This document shows positions 60,285 to 64,000 of a stretch of DNA of 64,000 nt, piece after piece; position 1 is the first letter of the stretch, and every line of letters starts with the position of its first letter. Made by a program: the position numbers and the translations under genes. A model generated the notes under the pieces. That model had not been told where the DNA came from and ran no database searches. It saw only the letters and a list, made by a program, of their open reading frames with translations. Origin of the DNA: an uncultured Flavobacteriales bacterium (lineage in GTDB: Bacteria; Bacteroidota; Bacteroidia; Flavobacteriales_D; Sanyastnellaceae); NCBI GenBank assembly GCA_913041065.1, contig CAJWII010000001.1:9456-73455 (forward strand). The letters run 5' to 3'.

Positions 60285-63200
60285 ATGCCCAGCCTCCCCA
60301 TGGAACAGCCCAACTCACATCACACCCCCACGAAGCCACGCCGGCGCCGCGCAGCATGGATGGTTGTCGGGGTTGCAGGTGTTCTGTTCGGCATGGTGGC
60401 GGGGCGAGACATTTGGCTCCCGTGGACGGTTTCTTGGGCAGTCCCTCAGCATTTGCACATGACGGTGAACAGCATGGAGACCTCACTGTTCCCCTTTGCC
60501 CTTCGCATCCATGGGCTCCACCTGACCGACACCTCGATGGGGTGGAACGTCCGGGTCCGCGAGCTGGACGCTTCAGGCGTCGCATGGAGGTCAGGCAGGT
60601 TGCATGTTGATCAACTCGACTTGGACAGTGCCTTGTACTTTGCAGATGTTCCAGCGCCCGCAGAACCACAAGCTGACCTCTCGTTCGATGTGGGCGTGGA
60701 CGAACTGCGGTGGAATCACCTTCATGTCGCCACCGCTGAAGACACGGTGTCGTGGGACAACGGGATGGCCTTGGGAATGACCCTGCAACCTCACCACCGT
60801 CAGGTGGACCGATTGAGTTGGGACACATGTCAATGGAACTCGCCAGCCCTTCCTCAGGCTCTGGTGTTGGGGCCATCTTCATTGTCTGTCCAGGACGACT
60901 TGGAAGGTTGGCGGGTGGCCAGCGACGCGTTGCTGTTGCCAGGGATTCAATTCAGCGGTTCGTTGGGATGGCCCCTTCGCGGAACCCACGGCCAAGCCCA
61001 AATCAATTGGCAGCAGGTCCCTCCTTGGCTGTTGCAATTCGCCGGCCTGGGTGGTCTGGAACCTTGCTGGAATGGGGTTGATTCGCCGCCATCCTCGTTG
61101 ACGTGGAGGATGACCCCTGATTCCTGGGAGCTTGCAGGACAAGGACCTTGTGGATTGACTTTGGAAGCGGGAGGCAATTTCTCAGCTTGGTCTGCGCAAG
61201 CCCGTGCGGACCAACTCCCCTCCGTATGGAAAGACGTGGCAGGTGTCGACGCGTGCGCCTTGAAGATCGAGGGTCAAGATTCGACGTTCACATGGTTTGC
61301 AGATGCCCTCCCCGCGCTGGCGACCACAGGCAAAGGACACGTGTTCTGGCCTTCGATGCATCTCGAACTCCAAGCGTCGATTTCCACGCTGGGGCGCTTC
61401 GTGCAAGGTCCCCAGGAATCACTGACGGCGGCACTCTCCTGGGACAACGTCTTGGATTGGGAACTCGCCCAGCCTGGGGCGATGCACCCTTGGCGATTGT
61501 GGGGGAAAGCTGGCGAAGGAGAAACGACCTTTCAGTTGGACCCCACATGGCCCACTGACGCCCCCGTGCGTGGCAGGGTCACATGGTCCCAAAACGACAC
61601 GCCGGCGTATCAACTCAAGGCGAACCTCGGGGAAGGGATGCGTCGCCTGGATGCGCGGGCAGGCTTCGCACCCGACCAGGGTGAATTGACGTTGGACATC
61701 CGCGCGTCCCACACACAGGCCGCTTTGACCACCGACGTCGCCCAAGTGGACTGGAGGTCTTGGTGGCAAAGCGTTGCCACACGGAGTCAAACCACCTGGC
61801 CCACCTTGCAGGGATCAGGGAGGCTCACACCAGAAAGCCCTTGTTGGGCTTGGCTTGGCGAAGAAGCCTCTGCGCGCGTCACCTGGGACGTGAAATCCAA
61901 CCCGCAACACATGCACGCGGCAATTCAAAGTGATTCGGTGCGTTGGAATGGCGAGTCCAAGGGGGGCTGGATGTTGGAAGCGCTGGGGCGTCCGGAAGAT
62001 TGGCGCGTGGATGTGCACGGTCAGAGCCCTTCTAATTCCCTTCAGGCCGTACTGAAAGCCGGGGCTGACTGGGTCCTGAATGTGGAAGGCGCGCACGTTG
62101 CAATAGGCACGTGGAACACGTCGCTGAAAGCCTCACATGAAGGCCAAGAGTGGGACATGCAGCTGAATGAAGCCGCATGGACATGGCCTGACCTGAATCC
62201 AAATTCTCCCGCCCTCTCCCTGACCGGCCCCGTGGCATGGACCGCCTCTTCGCAGCGCTTGTGGCCGTCCCAGGTGAACTTGGTGGGGGAGCTGGGAGAG
62301 GTCGCTGTGGTTCCTGGATCAGACCATGCGGCCTTCCAGAGCTCAGCAGGGACGGACGCCCTGCAGTTGCTTGAAGCGTCGCTCGGACTTCAGGCCGAGG
62401 CCCTGTCATGCCAGGCGCAATGGTCGGAAGGAACACTTGCGCTGGACTTGAACCTCGATCGGGCACGTTGGAACAGCGTCGACCTTGCCAAAGCGGAGGT
62501 GGCGGCCACATGGGCCGACCAGACCGTCACGTGGTCCCTTCGGGGCTCAGACAGCACCCATGCGGCGCTGCTCGATGCCCGTGGCAACACCTCGCTCCTC
62601 CATCCTGAGCAGCTTCGTGCCCGCCTTTCTTTGAACGGTGCCCCTGCAACGTGGGGACAAGCGTGGGTGCCAGAGACATGGTTGTCGTTCGATGGACGTG
62701 TGTCTGGCCAAATGGGCGTGGGAGGCTCGATCTCCAGGCCTTCACTGCAAGGCGCCCTGGCTTTGGACTCCGTGCGGCTGACGGTGCCCAACATGGGCAC
62801 CTCGTTTGAGGTGGACGGCCCTTTGCGCATCCTGCCGGACGCGTGGCTGGTGGACCAGGCCCGAGTGCGTGATGCCCTGGGAAATGACGCCACATGGACC
62901 GCCGCGTTGTATCATGAGGCGTTTCGCGACCTCAACGTCGACGTCCATGCCTTCGACATGTCTGGGCCGATGCGCATCCTGGATTTGCCCAAGGACGTCG
63001 ACCTGCCATTCTCGGGGGTGTTGGACGCGGACGGCGAGGCGTCCATGTTTTTTTGGAACGACCAATTCACGGTTTCGGGCGACGCCCGCATTCTTGGGGA
63101 CTCCGATTGCCAAATCTCTCTGGTTTCGGAGGGTGAGGCGCGTTGGGAAGACCTAGTGACGTTCGTCGACCCCGCCGCGGCGGATTCCATCCCGGCGACG

Positions 63201-64000
63201 GAATCCCAAGGCCCCGCTCAAGGCGTCACGTTGTCGTTGGACCTGGACATCGATCCGGCGGCGAAAGCGACGTTGGTCACAGACCGGGACAACAGCGTGA
63301 AAATGGGCGGTCGGACGCAGGGCGGCTTGTCCTTGGTGTTGGAAGACTGGGAACGTTTGACCCTGGCGGGCGGCTTGGAGATTGTGGAAGGCGATTGCGA
63401 ATTCGTGTTGGGGCCCTTTTTGTCCAAGGACTTCGCGCTTCAGCCAGGCGGAAGGCTCACTTGGGACGGTGACCCCTACGCGGGACAAATCGACGTTGAA
63501 GCCCTGCACACCCTCCGGGCCAATGTCACCCCGCTCGTCGGCGAAATCAACGGGCAAGGACGTCGCATGGAACACGTCCAGGTGTCGTTGCTTCTGGACG
63601 GGGACATGCTCCAGCCCGACATCGACTTCGCGCTCGGCGCTCCGGATGCAGAAAACGTCGTGCAATCCGCCATGGCCAGCGTGTTGGTCGACGACGCCGA
63701 GCGCACCGCCCAAGCCATTGCGCTTCTGAGTCTTCAGGAGTTCTTGCCCAACCAATTCAACAGCTTGAGCTTGGGCACCGAAGGGCTTCAATCCAACAGC
63801 GTTGACATGTTGACGTCCCAGGTGTCTCGGTGGCTGAGCAACTTGAACGACGACGTGGAGATTGGGTTGTCGTACGACGCAGCGGGCGCGCTGTTGACGG
63901 AAGAAGAAAGCCAGCAGGACGCCTTGCAGCTGGCCATGAAGGCGGCCTTTTTGGACAACCGGTTGCACGTCGAAGGTGAAATGGGATCCAACCCGACCCT
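60285..64000 (+). CDS. tamB: TamB-like translocation/assembly module protein (AsmA/DUF490 family), 3'-truncated by the window edge
   Basis: My own translation from the ATG at 60285 stays open to 64000 (1238 codons). It is absent from the ORF track because no stop lies in the window, and no frame-0 ORF is listed after 60149. It has an N-terminal TM anchor (AAWMVVGVAGVLFGMVAG). The C-terminal part, GGRLTWDGDPYAGQIDVEALHTLRANV, resembles the DUF490/TamB core. It is divergent from tsaD. Confidence 0.75.
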   Translation, partial: MPSLPMEQPNSHHTPTKPRRRRAAWMVVGVAGVLFGMVAGRDIWLPWTVSWAVPQHLHMTVNSMETSLFPFALRIHGLHLTDTSMGWNVRVRELDASGVAWRSGRLHVDQLDLDSALYFADVPAPAEPQADLSFDVGVDELRWNHLHVATAEDTVSWDNGMALGMTLQPHHRQVDRLSWDTCQWNSPALPQALVLGPSSLSVQDDLEGWRVASDALLLPGIQFSGSLGWPLRGTHGQAQINWQQVPPWLLQFAGLGGLEPCWNGVDSPPSSLTWRMTPDSWELAGQGPCGLTLEAGGNFSAWSAQARADQLPSVWKDVAGVDACALKIEGQDSTFTWFADALPALATTGKGHVFWPSMHLELQASISTLGRFVQGPQESLTAALSWDNVLDWELAQPGAMHPWRLWGKAGEGETTFQLDPTWPTDAPVRGRVTWSQNDTPAYQLKANLGEGMRRLDARAGFAPDQGELTLDIRASHTQAALTTDVAQVDWRSWWQSVATRSQTTWPTLQGSGRLTPESPCWAWLGEEASARVTWDVKSNPQHMHAAIQSDSVRWNGESKGGWMLEALGRPEDWRVDVHGQSPSNSLQAVLKAGADWVLNVEGAHVAIGTWNTSLKASHEGQEWDMQLNEAAWTWPDLNPNSPALSLTGPVAWTASSQRLWPSQVNLVGELGEVAVVPGSDHAAFQSSAGTDALQLLEASLGLQAEALSCQAQWSEGTLALDLNLDRARWNSVDLAKAEVAATWADQTVTWSLRGSDSTHAALLDARGNTSLLHPEQLRARLSLNGAPATWGQAWVPETWLSFDGRVSGQMGVGGSISRPSLQGALALDSVRLTVPNMGTSFEVDGPLRILPDAWLVDQARVRDALGNDATWTAALYHEAFRDLNVDVHAFDMSGPMRILDLPKDVDLPFSGVLDADGEASMFFWNDQFTVSGDARILGDSDCQISLVSEGEARWEDLVTFVDPAAADSIPATESQGPAQGVTLSLDLDIDPAAKATLVTDRDNSVKMGGRTQGGLSLVLEDWERLTLAGGLEIVEGDCEFVLGPFLSKDFALQPGGRLTWDGDPYAGQIDVEALHTLRANVTPLVGEINGQGRRMEHVQVSLLLDGDMLQPDIDFALGAPDAENVVQSAMASVLVDDAERTAQAIALLSLQEFLPNQFNSLSLGTEGLQSNSVDMLTSQVSRWLSNLNDDVEIGLSYDAAGALLTEEESQQDALQLAMKAAFLDNRLHVEGEMGSNPT

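Noticed and set aside
1-64000. Search by eye for CRISPR repeats, IS or transposase genes, integrases, tRNA or rRNA genes, and prophage blocks
   Set aside because: None found. The intergenic regions are mostly under 130 nt, the two longer spacers show no tRNA-like T-loop or repeat arrays, and every large ORF has a housekeeping or envelope assignment.

Overview
High-GC, densely packed chromosomal segment that reads as core genome of a Bacteroidota (Flavobacteriia-like) bacterium. The lineage call is an inference from gene content, TAnnTTTG promoter boxes, the long NusB and several Bacteroidota-typical DUF families. I call about 54 protein genes, many with start/stop overlaps (ATGA, TAATG, TGATG, GTGA). 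I saw no rRNA, tRNA, CRISPR array, IS element or phage gene.

Gene content in order:
- a secreted Cys-rich repeat protein
- a complete Na+-NQR operon (nqrABCDEF plus apbE) with a convergent nqrM-like gene
- DUF5103, an SDR and a GT4 glycosyltransferase
- prfC
- a CarboxypepD_reg protein followed by a TonB-dependent receptor broken by one in-frame TAG
- ligA-prmC-mgsA
- a GH13 amylase
- parE-parC
- pepD-surE-membrane protein-lpxB
- DUF4249-DUF4139
- nusB-DUF1573, then yajC-nhaC
- uvrA
- a LOG-family protein
- htpG, a TerB/J-domain protein and a secreted Zn metalloprotease
- ykuK-like and SRPBCC genes
- a LysM-SGNH-MBOAT operon
- meaB, hisS, a WD40 protein and ung
- an SF2 helicase, a LytS-type kinase and tsaD
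- the first 3.7 kb of a tamB-like gene that runs off the window and is therefore absent from the ORF track

I do not see a convincing new defence-type or mobile multi-gene system. The observations most worth a second look are:
- the in-frame amber codon, in a window where no called gene terminates with TAG
- TAnnTTTG boxes sitting only 4-8 nt upstream of many start codons, which implies leaderless mRNAs
- the translationally coupled LysM-SGNH-MBOAT operon, a possible cell-wall O-acylation module
- an orphan minus-strand terminator in a 250-nt AT-richer spacer

All family assignments come from motif recall. No database search was run.
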